From Tubiluchus corallicola (Eukaryota; Animalia; Priapulida): 64,000 bases of DNA. The first letter of the stretch is position 1, and each line of letters starts with the position of its first letter. The translations under genes and the position numbers were made by a program. Shown here piece by piece: positions 28,101-43,100 of this stretch. Location: positions 216,150-280,149 of the forward strand of contig JAQGDQ010000311.1 of the NCBI GenBank assembly GCA_030141605.1. The letters are read 5' to 3'. A model generated the notes under the pieces. The model was not told the origin of the DNA. It saw only the letters and a list, made by a program, of their open reading frames with translations, and ran no database searches.

Positions 28101-31100
28101 GACTGTGAAACTTTAAGGTCTCCAGTCATAATCAGCCGAAATATCAAAGTATTGTTTGAATAAAGTCACGTTTAATTTCGTTTATGAAATATGAGCAACA
28201 AAATAATTACAAAATAAAAGTTCTCAATTTTCTTGAAGCTTCATGATGTTTAACCATAAACATTGTTCTACTTTTACGGTTAAGATTTTTTGCTTAGCTA
28301 CTTCAGCAAACGTCTATCAGAGCAAATCACAGCAGACGAGCAAAAACAAAGTATTTTATTTATTCCAGAATTTTCTTGAAATTTGACAGTAGCTGGTTTT
28401 GGCAAAAAAAGATTTCCGTTCGGTTTCGGTGTCGGTTTCCCATGTTTCATAAATTTCTGTTTTGGTTTGCAATTTCAGTTTCAGTAACAACCCTGGGTGA
28501 AACTGACACAGCAAAACCAGTATGTGGCAACAAAAATGCTTGAAACTGTTCTTGAAACAAAAAAGTTAACGTACAAATGAAAATCAATGAAACTTCTACA
28601 AAATATCAACACTCATCAGAAGGTACTTTCACTTATTACAAAGCTTTGGTACTGCAGTTTCAAGAGTTATTCTAATTTGCGTAATTGATATTTTGCACGG
28701 ATCTTGAAAAACATCAAATCGTCTATTTTCTTAATATTTAGCATTCTAACAAGACTCTTCTTTATAGGAGCTACAACCAAGCAATCAACCCTTCTGAAGA
28801 TCTGCACTTTTTACACCAGCAGATGTAAATCAAACACTGTAATATTACTAAGGTCGTACTAAAGTTGCTGACTCAACATGAAAACAATGCTTAACAAGCA
28901 TGTCGCAGATAGAAATGGATTGAAGATGCCTAGAGGGCAGTGTAAACAATAGCAATGTGATTGAAATGTGTAACTGTAATTGGTGAATACTAGTAAATTT
29001 TTTTACTGTTAAGAAAAGTTAGCTAGCTATGCCACTGCTACTATCCAAAAAGCTCCACTACCACCATAATTACTTATACGCTTGACCAACACCGCGTGTT
29101 ATGTTCACTTCTCAAGTGTTGTACAGTAGTACCTCTGTTCTCGACCATAATTCGTTGCTAAAAAGTGTTTGAAAACCGATTTGGTTGAGAAGCGAATCAT
29201 TTATTCCCATAAGAAATAATGTAAAAGCAAATAATCCGTTCTCAAGCACCAAATGAACTGAAAGGTATTACTAAAACGAAAGATAATGATGCAAAAATGT
29301 TTATTCAAACAGTAGACATGACATAATTGATAAGAAAAACATAATAGAATTACTTTGAAAGAACAACATAATTGTTCTTGCACGGAAAAAGCAGAGAAAA
29401 ATAAGCATAGAAAGGCGATTCAAATCTTGTGTGTGACTACTTTCTGGCGCGGTCGGTTACGCTCGGCTCTACTCGGCTCGCCGCGCATGCGTTCGTCACG
29501 TGTTCGGCGATTGGTCGAGTACCGAAATTCTGGTCAAGAGCGGAGAAAATTTCAGCTCGCATTTCCTGGTCGGAAACCGATTTGTACGAGTACGGAGACG
29601 TTTGAAAACGGAGGTATGACTGTAATATATGACTGTATTCTTTGCAAACAGAACAAGCTATCTTCTGGTGCACAAACACTATTCACCGATTTCATCAGAA
29701 TTGATTAACTCATTTATAGGACTTTCTAATTCTATTAATGAAACCATGCAGATAAAGAAGCAATGCCATTCAATGTATACGTGATTTCAATTCTAATAAT
29801 TAGTCCAAAAATGTTTCGCAAATGGGTTTTTCAAAGTAGATGATTGCATCAAATCGCAATTTCAAATTTATTGCAATTTTTTGGAAAAAAATGGATGCTT
29901 TCCTTAATAAAAAAATGATAAAAACTGCAGGTAATTTGGTCATACAACATACACAGTTAATTTTACCTGCATTCTTCATCTAGCAAGGCAATTAACCCAG
30001 TTGGTTTTCCTCCAATCAAGTTTAAGCACAGCGTGTTGTCAATGAATGATATATTGCTCCATTTAATGCCTTCCCTTATGTACTCTTCTTGCTCAAACTT
30101 AAAAACATGCTGGTTGAAGTAAAACTGCAGCTGCTCGTTCGCATAGTTGATATTGAACTGTTCAAAATTGTTCTTGTCAAAGTCCTCAAAGCCAAAGATG
30201 TCGAGAACGCCGATAGAATTTCGCTAAAAAAATTTAAAAAGCATAATTTAGCTTTTTATCTATTTCTTAAAATACAAATCTACCTCCTAGTGAAAAAATG
30301 TATCACCAAATTTTCATTCCTAACATATTTTACGGTCCAACTGCATAGTCCACACTGCTGAAAGTTGTCAAGGAGTGTTGCAACCAGTTCCTCTGTCAAG
30401 TTACTCTAACCTGAAGGGGGCAAACTTTTTGCAATAGTCTCTAATGTTCTGAATTTAATGAAAATTAAATTTTCCCAATAACAAAATTATTTCTAGTTGT
30501 TGCAGCACTCATTTTAGGATAAAATTTGAAATATGTGTTTTAATTAAAATACACTAAAATGGCAGTCTGTCCATCATAATTTTGTTTTATAAAATTTCAA
30601 AGTAGCTTTGTTAAGCGTGTTATTCTATATGAGTTATAGGATAGTGCAAACTGAAATTGCCTGCAAGTACACTGCTGGGCTGAAAGTGAAGTTGCTTACA
30701 TTGCTTTAATATTAGTACAGTGAAACAATGTTCTACAATACAATACTCTGCTTTAATATTAGTACAGCGAAACAATGTTCTACAATACAATACTCTGCTT
30801 TAATATTAGTACAGCGAAACAATGTTCTACAATACAATACTCTGCTTTAATATTAGTACAGCGAAACAATGTTCTACAATGCAATACTCTGCTTTAATAT
30901 TAGTACAACAAAACAATGTTCTACAATACAATACTCTGCTTTAATATTAGTACAGCAAAACAAGGTTCTACAACACAATACTCTGCTTTAATATTAGTAC
31001 AGCGAAACGCATGTTCTACAATGCAATACTCTGCTTTAATATTAGTACAGCAAAACAATGTTCTACAATACAATACTCTGCTTTAATATTAGTACAGCGA

Positions 31101-34100
31101 AACAATGTTCTACAATACAATACTCTGCTTTAATACTAGTACAGCGAAACAATGTTCTACAATACAATACTCTGCTTTAACATTAGTACAGCGAAACAAT
31201 GTTCTACAATACAATACTCTGCTTTAATATTAGTACAGCAAAACAATCCTCTACAATACAATACTCTGCTTTAATATTAGTACAGCGAAACAATCTTCTA
31301 CAACACAATACTATCAAACTGAAGCTTATTTCACATTATTTCATTATCGTTAACATAAATGTAAATTTATCTAAAAACTGACTCACATGATGATCTCCTC
31401 TGAGTGTGTCCTTCTTCGACATGAGAGCGTGGTTCAACTGCAAGACAATCCAATCAAAGATGGCGCCATACAGGCATTTAGCTACAGCATCACGTGTTGC
31501 AATAGCCTGTAATTAATAACAAATAGCACTGTAGAATTTTTATTGCTAATTACAATAAGTATTTGCTTAACAATGCTAGTTGGCTTAGAACTTACAACAT
31601 GCTGTGATAATCTAGGAAGCCATTAAAATAAGCTGTTTATAGACAATAATGCAAAAGCAAACTATCTACTGAAAATAATGTTAAGTGCACAATTTTGTTC
31701 TTCACTAAAAATGTATACTGAATAAGTTAAAATTATGAATATGTAAAATATTTTGATATATGGTTCTAGCTAACTGCAGTTAAAAAGTTTTTAAACGAAC
31801 ATAGTGACTTGTACAGTCTGCATAGCCACTAAACAACAGGTAATTGTGTAATTATTTTTACATAATATGGTGCACAATACTTACTTAAATTTCATTTAAA
31901 ACTTGAACCTAAGATGATGTTTCTTAGACACGCATACTTTTCTTTAAAAAAATTAACAACTTGACTCAACGTGTACACATAACAGAGTATTGTACAGAGG
32001 AATTTCATCAAAATAGACATTTGCCACTAGGTGAAGTGTGCCTGCAATAATGGCAGAGAAGCTGACCCCTCTAGGCTCAAGCCAACAAATACATAAATAT
32101 GGCAGACTAACATTTAAGAAAGTGACACAGTGCCAAAACATTAGTGCAATTTTAATGTGAATGTAAGGTCATTAATCTGTTTGACATTTGTTGTTAAGGG
32201 ACAAAATGAATAGCGAAATTTCGACACTTGTCACTAAGATGGATGTTAGACTTAGACGACTTTTGTTTCTGAAATAACGTAGTTTTTTGTTTTTAAAACT
32301 GTGTGAGTAATTTGAATACCAAAACTATCACTCACGTGTTTATTAAATTTTGGATACCTATAATAAGAAAAAAGCAAAACAATCTGATCCAGCATTAAAT
32401 TCACCCTGCCCCAATCATACAACTCATAATGGCTTTCAAGTTAATTATAATGCAGCTCACCGAAAAACCACCAGCTAATACAGAAATCACTTTTTTCTTC
32501 CACACAGCTGTTAAGGCTGATTCCTCCTTAAAGAAATTTTCCCTTCAACAACTTAATGTTAAAAACATGTTCAAGAAGTACACCATGATTTTGAATCAAC
32601 ATGTAGAATTTTACCATTTCTCCCAAAGCCTCTAAAATGTAATTACAGATGTCGATCAACCCATCTGTATTTATCCTATCCCTTCAGCATGAAATACAGT
32701 CTCAATTAATTGTGTGCCACTGACTGTATTAAAACACATGTTTGCATTTATCTTTAGCACCATCTTCAATCTAAAGATGTTATCAGTCAATCGCTAAGTG
32801 AGAACTGTAATTTGTCTTACCTCAGACATGTTGAAGTTCATCACTAAGGTTTCGCCTCTTGCCGTTGTTTTCTTACTGGTCAGTGCTGTGTTCAGCGTTT
32901 CTTCCTTGACCTATGTGAACAAAAAATGCTCTATCTATTGCATTTAACTGCAAAAGAGTCAAAAGAGTGATTTCATGTATTTAAGTTTTAACAGAACGCT
33001 AAGATAATTTTCTATTGCTTCTCTAAATCAGCTCATCGTCTGTCTCACCGATCACAGAAATTGAACATCTGTTTAGTGAAATTTACCTTCTAGAATGCAG
33101 AAACACATCGTTTTCTGGAAGACTACAGAAAAAATTAACAACAACAGTGAGAGCCCGAGTGGTTCTGTGTCCAGCTACCTAACCTGCTGGATAACACATG
33201 TGCCAACTGTTGCCTTCAATACAACCAAATGCTACAACTTGTTCTTAGACAACCTCTTCTTAAGAAAAAGTACAGTTTGCCTTCGAAACAATCAAATCTG
33301 TACAATAAAGGCAAGCCCTTATGAAAATTCATAGGCGAAAATGATTTTTTAATATGTTGTCAATGTGTTGCAGAAACACTCCACACACAAATAGCACGAC
33401 ATGGACGACTAGCCAACAAGACCGACAGCAGTACAACAAACAGCTCATTGTTACAGCACCAAGATTCATTCTCCTGAAAATTGTTTAGTTTAAACCCAAA
33501 CATGGAATAGAACCATGTTCTTTCGAATCTACTGTGCAGCTAAACAAATTATCGGTTCGGTTTTCAAACACTACTACAGGCAGCCAGTTACAAAGCCATA
33601 ACATGAGCGATATATAAAGTTTTATTCTCCTGAAAATAATTAGTTTAAACCCAATCATAGAATCGAACCACATTCTTTCGAATCTAAAGCAATAACATTG
33701 CCCAGTTCAGCAAATTATCGGTTTTCTGCAATTATAAAGCCATAACACGAGCGATATATAAAGTTTTGTTCTCCTGAAAATAATTAGTTTAAACCCAGTC
33801 ATAGAATCGAACCATATTCTTTCGAATCTAAAGCAATAACATTGCCCAGTTCAGCAAATTATCGGTTTTCCGCAATTATAAAGCCATAACACGAGCGATA
33901 TATAAAGCTTTGTTCTCCTGAAAATATTTAGTTTAAACCCAGTCATGAAATTGAACCATGTTCTTTCGAATCTAAAGCAAGCACACTGCCATAAAGACAT
34001 AACATGAACGAAATATAAAGAATACCTTGAGAGTGTTTGATATGACTTGAACAACAGCTGGATTGCTAACCATGACCACTTCATCTTGATAGTGATGACT

Positions 34101-37100
34101 AGATTTGTGCTGTAAGCAAACACTACATGTTCAGTAAATACACATTTACGTAGATTACATTTTGCATAAACAATTAAAAATAAATAAAATGAAACAATGA
34201 TGATGCTGATCAAATTATGATTAGCTTAATAACAATTAAAAGTCGAACAGAAATACAAAATGAGACAAAGTTTCACTTTTACCTTAGGTTGCTTTGAATC
34301 TTGAATTTTTGTTAAAATTTCATGATAATACTGAATGCTAGAATGAATTACAAAAATCTTAGTAAAAGGCTTTATCAAGACTAACTAACCTAATCATTAA
34401 AACTTAAAACTGAGCAACTTTTTCATACCTTGACTTTGAAGTTTATGTTGCCTATATGAAGTACAGCAGCCAGCACTGTGAATAATCTGAAATAAAAAGG
34501 AATCAACTCTTGTAAACATAAAGTTGTAAGGGAGAAGTGTCGCTGAATAGACGGTTCCCGGAACAACTTCAGCTGCGACTTCGAAAAATCATGTCTTATT
34601 ATCAAATCATTCAATATTATTTGATAAACACAATGATGCAAGTATTCAAATAGTCAAAGTTAGGCAACACTCAGCGAGATACGCAAAGGCAAGGGATGGG
34701 TAACTGCATGGAAAACTGACTTTGCCATAGTTTTTCATCTTGTTGATGAAGGATGCACACGAACTATAGCTGCACACTTATCAAGGACAGCTCTCTCAGC
34801 ATAATCAATGGTTTATTGTATTATAAATAAATAAACATTACTTTACTGCATTATAAATAAACACCTTAATTAATTAAAACACGGGATGACAGTGTATCAT
34901 CGACAGCTTTAAAAAGCTCCAAAACTGGAAATTCCTCAGAACAACAAGCAAATAAAACAATGTGTATATATGTCTTCGTTTATTGCTTCTAGGTATATGC
35001 AGAATTACTGGATGTGAACAACAGGTACAGATTACATAACAAAATTTAGAAAAAACGGTGTGTGTAGCACTGCCACAGCGTTTTTGTTTGAGATATTCGT
35101 CATGTCGGACAAAGGCCAATGGGTCAGCAGGGCAAAAAATTCAAGTAAAAAAGCGCTACTGCACTTGTTGACCGTAGTTTTAGCTTAGCCAGGATTGAAC
35201 AATACTAGATTCGGCAACTCCTAAACGACTTAGCCACATTCAGGTCTTGGTAAACACTTGCAGAAAAGTACGTGAACGATTATAACTCGGGGAACTGATA
35301 CAGGTTACCATGTGGAATAGATTTAAACGATTTTCGAGTGTTTATTTAATTACTGAAATGCTTTTACGAATGCAATGAAGCATAAAAATGCAAACTGGCT
35401 TGTGTTAGTGGTACAGATTTTCCAGTGCGAATGAACTTGAAATAAACTTGTTTGGCAAGAATAGAGCTGTCGTGTAAATTGTATAAGGGAAAGCAAATAA
35501 AAGAACATTTGATTGTGTCCATAAAATGCTTAGGTACACCGTAAAGCATATGAAAGCAGTTCATAATGGTTACTCAGCAAAGAAAAAGATGCTTCTTATA
35601 GAGCAGTTGCAGAATCATGGGCGAGTGTATGTATCACGTTTAGAGAAAGTTGACACATTTGTTGATGGTAATTTAAAAATGTAAATGGCAGTGTGGCAGA
35701 TGATATTACCCAGATGAAGCTTTCTGAGAGTCACCTATCAATTCACTAACCAGGTCTTGTGCTGCTTCACGGTAGCAGCCAAATGGTACCGTTATCATTC
35801 AGCAATTTGCCTCACAGGATATAGAAAAAAATCTGAATATTACAAATTTTATTTCAATTAATCATTTCAATTAACTTCCTGTATTATTATCTGCCATCTG
35901 AAAATATTAATATTGTATTATTGACGTGAACCAGGGATGAAAATCATTTAAGTCAGTAAAAAAAATGAGCACCGAGCGTAATAGTAATTTTACCCTACTT
36001 TTGGAAGAACTAGAACATTGTATTCCTACCGTCTTTGTTTAACAGAAGTGAATCCAACTAGTTCCATCGACTGTCGGAGGCGAGAGAACTCATAAGCGTC
36101 ATCGACGCCTTCCAACGTGTAGCAATTGCTCTGAAAAATTTCAATATTTTCCTGTTACTTCACATTAATTATTTATGATCTTTATTTCACAATGTGAGCT
36201 TGCAAACCAAAACCATCCGTAAGTCGGCATAGTTAAAACTACGTTATGATGCTTCAAAACAGAACGCACCAAAAATTTGGTAAAATGTCGATTTTTCATT
36301 TTTATGAAAACAAATGCTAAATACACTGGACATTTATATTCTAGCATCAAATTATCAGCAAAATGTCCAGAAGATACTAAACAATTGATTTTATAACTCC
36401 TTACCCACTTTTCTGTCTAGAAACTAGTGCTGCAATTGTAAAAAAACTTGTATTTTCTAACTCCGATTGTAGCTCGTGGCAGCAGCCATTTCGTTTCGGG
36501 TTTTCCTGTTGACAAGACCAGATTTTCGTCAGAAAAAGCCATCTACTGGATTTAAACGTAACTTCAATTTGTTTTTGTAAAATCCATAGTAACCACACTT
36601 TTTACGGTTGCTAAGTGTTTTGTAGAGACGTGGCAAAAAAACAATGGCTGACTTTAACAGTGATTTTCTCAAGATTGTTTTCCAGTGTGTAGCCTGCACC
36701 TCAACTTCAACGTGGATTATCTCAGCTTAGAAATAAGATAGAGCGATGAGCTTGGTATCAAAACGATCCTAATGTAATGGAGGTTCAGGTTGTGTGAATA
36801 ACTAGCGAAGGTTAATTGCCGACTTATGGATGATTTTGCTATGCCAAGCACACAAATCATCATTTAACAATGGGAATGAACCAATAATAACAATATTTAG
36901 AGATCATGTCCACATACAGGCAATAAAAAACATGAACAAATTTGAGTCCGAATATATTTGAACGGGGAACTTTCTTGAAAAATGATGAAGCTTATCAGTC
37001 CTAGAGGGTGGCCCAAAAGTTCTATTACGTACAGTGCCCATACTAAGTAATTAAGAAGTATAAATCATTAAAAACTGATAGTAGTGTTGCTTATCCAAAT

Positions 37101-40100
37101 ACAGTTAATCACAATAAGGATTATTAATATTTCGGAAAATCGTTCCCACCTTCATCAGTTTACATAAAATTAAATACACAGCATTTAACAAATGTGAATC
37201 TTATTTTGCATTTTATAATAGTAGGCTAGCAATACAACAGCATTAGCAATGTCCAAATTCCAAGTCTTAAACAAAAGTGTCCAGCCACACACTCAACACA
37301 TGGGTCACTCAACACATGTGTACAAAACGGTCAGGACACTGCAAACTGCTTAAATAAACTCTGCATAATGTTAATAGTAAATAGAGCATACCCCTGTAAT
37401 CAGTAAAACATCAATGTCTTAGTATTTGAGCAACTTAAATATTTAGTGAGTAAACATATAGTGAAAGTAATAGCAATGCCCACGGAGTACAACCTGCAAT
37501 ACTGTTGCTAGGATCAGGAAGATGGAGTTAAGCATAAAGGAAATATGTCACACTTTCTATGCAAATATGGAGACTTTAGTACCTGCCATGAATTAAGTCA
37601 AAAGACTAATCCTGTATAAGTCCTTTGTAACAAACTATGAATGCAACACTCACACTAAAAGGCATTCAGGAGAATATGAAATGCTGGTCACTTAAACCAT
37701 TTGTGTTTATCTTGGTGACTTGAAGGAAAACCGGACGATTGTTTAGACTCAATCTTATTTTAATTTACTGTTCAAAATATACATATTCTTACTTATAAAA
37801 GTTAGCAATTGATTCTTATATTTGAATAATTAGCTTAGAAAGTTAATTAACGGCAACCGAACACAGCTATTGCTTACGTCAGAAACTAATCACAGTTTAT
37901 GCAATGGCAGGCATCTTTCCTTGCGCATCAAGCACATTTGCTTAAGTGTGACAGTACTGCTTGATGTCACGAAAAATGGGCTCTACGTCATATGACGTCA
38001 GAAACTTACACTGCAGCTCATGATCACTGTTATCACTGTACCGCGTTCTATTCGTCAGCCACGCGAATGTGACAAAAAGGCGCCGCTGCCAATCTTAGTA
38101 GATTCACTGAGCCGCGCATAGCTTTGAAAGTTTAACGAAATTTGAATATCCGAGGTAATTATTATTTAATCTAAGCTTTGATTTAACATAAGCTATTGTA
38201 GTTTTCAATATTTTACAGCATTCTTTATTCTGAACTAAAGTTTACACAATCACCCGGTTTTTTAGGCCATTTGTGCCTATACCTAACATCCAAATGTGCT
38301 GTTCCAAGTTTTTTGGAACACTGTGACCTACTAACTGTTTTTTAACGCGCTGGGAACACACACGTGCATCCATGCAGGTGGTGCAGATTGCAACAATACG
38401 TCACCCCATTTAACCATTTGCAAAGAACAATATTTGACTTAACGTAAAAACATGGCCGTGCGCCATTATCTAGACCGAGAAAAACAATGGAAGACAAACA
38501 AAACAAAAACCAGACCTCGAGTGTTTTTACAGGTGCTCCAAACTTAAAAACCGCAAAGCTGTCACACGTAAAATATCAAGTAAAAAAAAATTGTGACTAT
38601 GCTTGCTCAAACGTTTGCTTAAACGGCTATAATGCAGTGAATCCACAATCAAAGCAGATGAACAAACTTTTTAGTGTAGTACGTAAATATACATAAAACT
38701 AATTACATTTAAAATAAAAACGTATATGACGTGCCGTAGCAAGGAACTTAAAAATAAAATTTTACATATAAGACATGACTAAAGTTAGTATGCTTTGATT
38801 TCTGGTTTTCTTTTTAGCTTTTCATCCAACCTTAACTGATTTTGACATCGATCGAAACCAGTCTTTTGAAATTCCTCCGATTTAAATTTTGACTGGCGAT
38901 GACACTAAAGTTAGAAACAAAATGCCAAATCTCAATCCATCAGACTGACAAGAAGTTTTTGACAAGAAGTTATTCCATCTTTACATTACTGTATCTGCTT
39001 TACCGTAAATTTATGCATATAGTATAACTATTATTATTCACAATGTAACCTCGTATTTTATTCTCAAGAATTTCTCAAGTATATATATATATATATATAC
39101 AAACACCTAAAAAATGTCATGAGCCTGTAAGTAAACTTGTATTTTTAACAAGGGGCAGCTGACCAAGTGACCAATAGGTCTTTCGATGAAAAGAAAAGTA
39201 ATTATGTCGAATTTTAACTGCTACTGAGAAAATAAAATTGAATTGAATTGAGCCGTAAGCTGAAGTGCATCTGAAATTCAGCGAAGTGTACAGACCACTA
39301 TACGTTCTCATTATTAAAAATGTAGTTTTGCAAAAAGGTAAAACGCCTCCTCGGCAAACTCTGGGAGACTGTTTCAAAGCAAGACATCAGACGTGTCATT
39401 GGACATGTTCCGGGGGTTCATTCCACTGAATGTGTGAGACTGGACAGACTTGACATCCTGCAGTTTTTTCAAGCAGGCAAAAATTTATACAAGAAGGCTA
39501 AGACACCTTCATTAATCCTTAACGAAGTCCAAACAACAATTAGAGATTTTTATGCAAAGATTTAACTGGAAATGGTGGCTGATATTGGAGTTTCATGTGT
39601 TAATCATTAGCAGAATAATGTGCTTTGAACAAGATAGTAAAAATACAGAAGCTTAGCAGCAAAGTAGTTCTTTTTAGATTTTCGTCCAACTTGACTAAAA
39701 GAATAGCTAAAGTTTTGGTTCACTATATGTTGTTAAAAAACTATAAAAAATACAATTTGCATACCGATTTCTGCGACACCCTGTACATAAAAAGGTAATG
39801 TTTGTTAAAAAACTATAAAAAATACAATTTGCATACTGATTTCTGAGACACCCTGTATATAAAAAGGTAATGTTTGTTAAAAAACTATAAAAAATACAAT
39901 TTGCATACTGATTTCTGAGACACCCTGTATATAGAAAGGTAAAAGAAAAAACTTAATACACATGTAGTACTAAAATAAACCCACTTTTTGCACTCTGGCA
40001 AAGGTGCGCTGATAGCCTACCTGATTTAAATAGTGAAACTCTTCCGGTTTGCCAAGAGAGAGCGCTAACTTTTCCTCTTCCGATGCCCCTGCCAGCAGGT

Positions 40101-43100
40101 GATAGAAAACATGGTAGTTGCGTTCATTCTGCGCCTGAGACACGATCCGGGATTTCTCCAGGAGGTACTTTTCAACGACCGCCCTGTAAAAGATGTAATA
40201 ACAATCATTTTTGACTAGATGGCTTTGTCAATAGTCAAGCGAATAACATGCCATAATCATATAACATTTCATACAGCATCGTATGGAAAGTTCTAACTCT
40301 TTAGATCATTTTCAAAGTCTGGACTCCAATTGTCAATCTCCTCATGCAGTCATACAGGTAATTTTTTTGTGCTTTAACTATCTGCCTATTTATTTTACCT
40401 CAGATCATGAAAAATCGCTTTGTAATTTTTTACATTATGATATATTATGACTCCATTATACATTCGCTTGCTTATGTCTAAGAATTATGCTTGTGTTATA
40501 AAGTAAATTTCAGTTGCCATTGTTATTATGTTCCTGTTGTCTGATTTTTATTTCAGTTCTTGTTTCAGTTCTTATTTCAGTTATTTTCAGTTTGATTTTT
40601 TTATTATGCACTAATTATTACTGTGTATGAATTGTACTAACATGTTATGAGCATATCAATTTAATGTCATTCGTAACAATTAACTTTTTATTATAAGCAG
40701 TACTAACACTAATACACTGTAGCATAGCGCCTATAATAATCATCACTAGCCAAAGGGCAGCTGACTAGATGACCAATTGGTCTTTCGCTGCCCTTTCTTC
40801 ACATTTTTGTTACCAAATTAATTGTATTATAACTGTGCGTGTGTTACAATATAAATAAAAAGATTATTATTATTGTTATTATTCTAGTGTCCAATTGCAA
40901 ACCTGGCCATTCATTCTGTTCAGTAAAGCACCCTGGATGCACAAGCAACAAAACTTGTCGAAATGAAAGTAAGTGAAGTATAACTTGAAATTAAAGCTTA
41001 TAGTAAAAGCTGTTTTTAATTAAAAATGTTGATTAATTTTTAATTTGTAATTTAAAATTATTTTCACATATTACTGACTAATCCAGCTATGCAAGTATAA
41101 CATATGCATGTGCTACTAATTAACAACTGCTGCTATACAAGAATAATGCATTAGATAAAACATAATAATGATATTTAAATCTTTAACGTTTAATTTACAT
41201 AGCTCACAGTGCTAATCTATGTAGAGTTTTGTTATCAACTTAGTGGAAGGGTGGTAGAATTGATGATTTCTCGGACTTTTCACCACCCTGTCTCTCTTAG
41301 TAGTCACATCATTTGTTAATGCTATGTTGATTATGTTATTGAGAGAAATAAATTATTCTGTATTCTGTAGCTGTCATGTTTAGACGTCCAACTCCATAGC
41401 AGAAAATGTCTGACATAATCACAGCCAATGAGAATGTTGTCTAAGCATTCGAAAACCAATGGATTGCTTGCTAATTTCTCCTAAGAGAATTTTTAAATTT
41501 TAACATTTTATTAACTTTTTCTTCAAGTCAAAGACTACAGTGATACGTCCATACTTCAGGATTTGTTAAATGGCCCCTGATCATGAAAATTTACAGCAAA
41601 ACTATTTCAAACCTGTTGTTCATAGTTTCAGGGTATTTATTGCAGACAAAACATTCCACATTGAAACAGTTTATGATTCCCTTAAATTTTAAAATCAAGT
41701 GTACACCGACCACCCCTTTAACACAATGGAACGCTCTGTTTTGATACCGAAATTCTTCAAATTTCTAAAATGAAACTGAAGAGAAAGAAATGGTGAAGCA
41801 GACATTTTCGAAAACGTTTCTTCGTGGATTTCTCAGCCAAAAACCTCACACTATCAGCAGCTAATCAGCTTTGCTGAGATAATTAACACATTTAGTATTT
41901 ACAATTCATTAGCTAGGATAGGGTGAAGTAAAAACAAAGAGCAAAACTACTAAGTTAAGGCTACAAAGGATGATTCAGACAAATAAAGCTGAATTAAAAA
42001 AGTAGCAAAGTAATATAAAAAATTTTGGCATGATTTGCCTCTTATTTGCTAATACAAGTATTTGTCTAGAATTAGTTCCTAAAATCCACACAAGTACTGA
42101 AAACTCCTAGAGGGTTTTAAATGAATGGACTGACCGTTCCCCAAGTGGAGTTAAAAACATCATTAATTAACTACATTAACACTTTGCAGATCAGTAAAAA
42201 AAACTGACAGGTCCACAACAATGAAAGCAACCATTTGGTCATTCTAGGCACCTCCAGAACCACTGGAGTGTTCACATACAGCCTGCACACAAATGCTATT
42301 TTGGGTCCCTAACTCGCTGACCCCCATTTGTAATCTATCAAAAGCCAATAATCTTCTACTAATAAACGTATTTGCCAGGAATGTTAGAGCAAATTAGGCC
42401 TGCAGTAAATTCAGTAATAAAATACTAAACTTAATATGCTGAACACATGTCTGAATAGAAACTTCAAATTTGCACCAAGTCCGAGGCATATGGGACAAGA
42501 AATCGCAAGACAGTCTCAGATGGTCCACAATCCACTGACAAGCAGTCACTAGACTGACTTAACTTATGCTTTTTGTTCCAGCGAGATGAGAAAACCACTT
42601 CATTTGTCTTTTGTTTAGCAAGTTGGAAGTCCAAACCGTTCAATAAGTAAATACGTAAACCTATCTCAAAGTTACTCACATGGAAAGATTTGTATTGATA
42701 TGGCATTAATAAAGCAATTTTGAGTATTCAGAAAAAAGCACAAAGTAAGTTGTAATTTACAGGGTTCCCACAGAATTTAAAAATAAATTTCCCTGATTTT
42801 TCATGACTTTTCCTTGAACAAGTATTGACTTTCCATGACCGAGGTAGCAGAAATTGCATTACCAGTACACATATTCAAACGTTTTTTTGTATGGACATTG
42901 ACACACACATATATATAATGTGTATACATAATATAATAATGTAATATATAATGTGTCGGCCAATCATTATTTTTGGAACAAAATTTCCCTGACCTTTCGC
43001 TAAATTTTCATCATTTTCCCCGACTTTCTACCAAATTATCTTCTTCCCTGATTTTTCCATGACTTTCGAGAAATGCCTGTATTTTCAAGGACTTTCCCTG

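Noticed and set aside
30089-30361. Plus-strand ORFs overlapping MYO9 exons (also 12036, 14427, 27160)
   Set aside because: Antisense shadows of real coding exons.
35100-35830. Possible RTE-type LINE remnant ([12 protein letters not shown])
   Set aside because: Too degenerate to support by eye.
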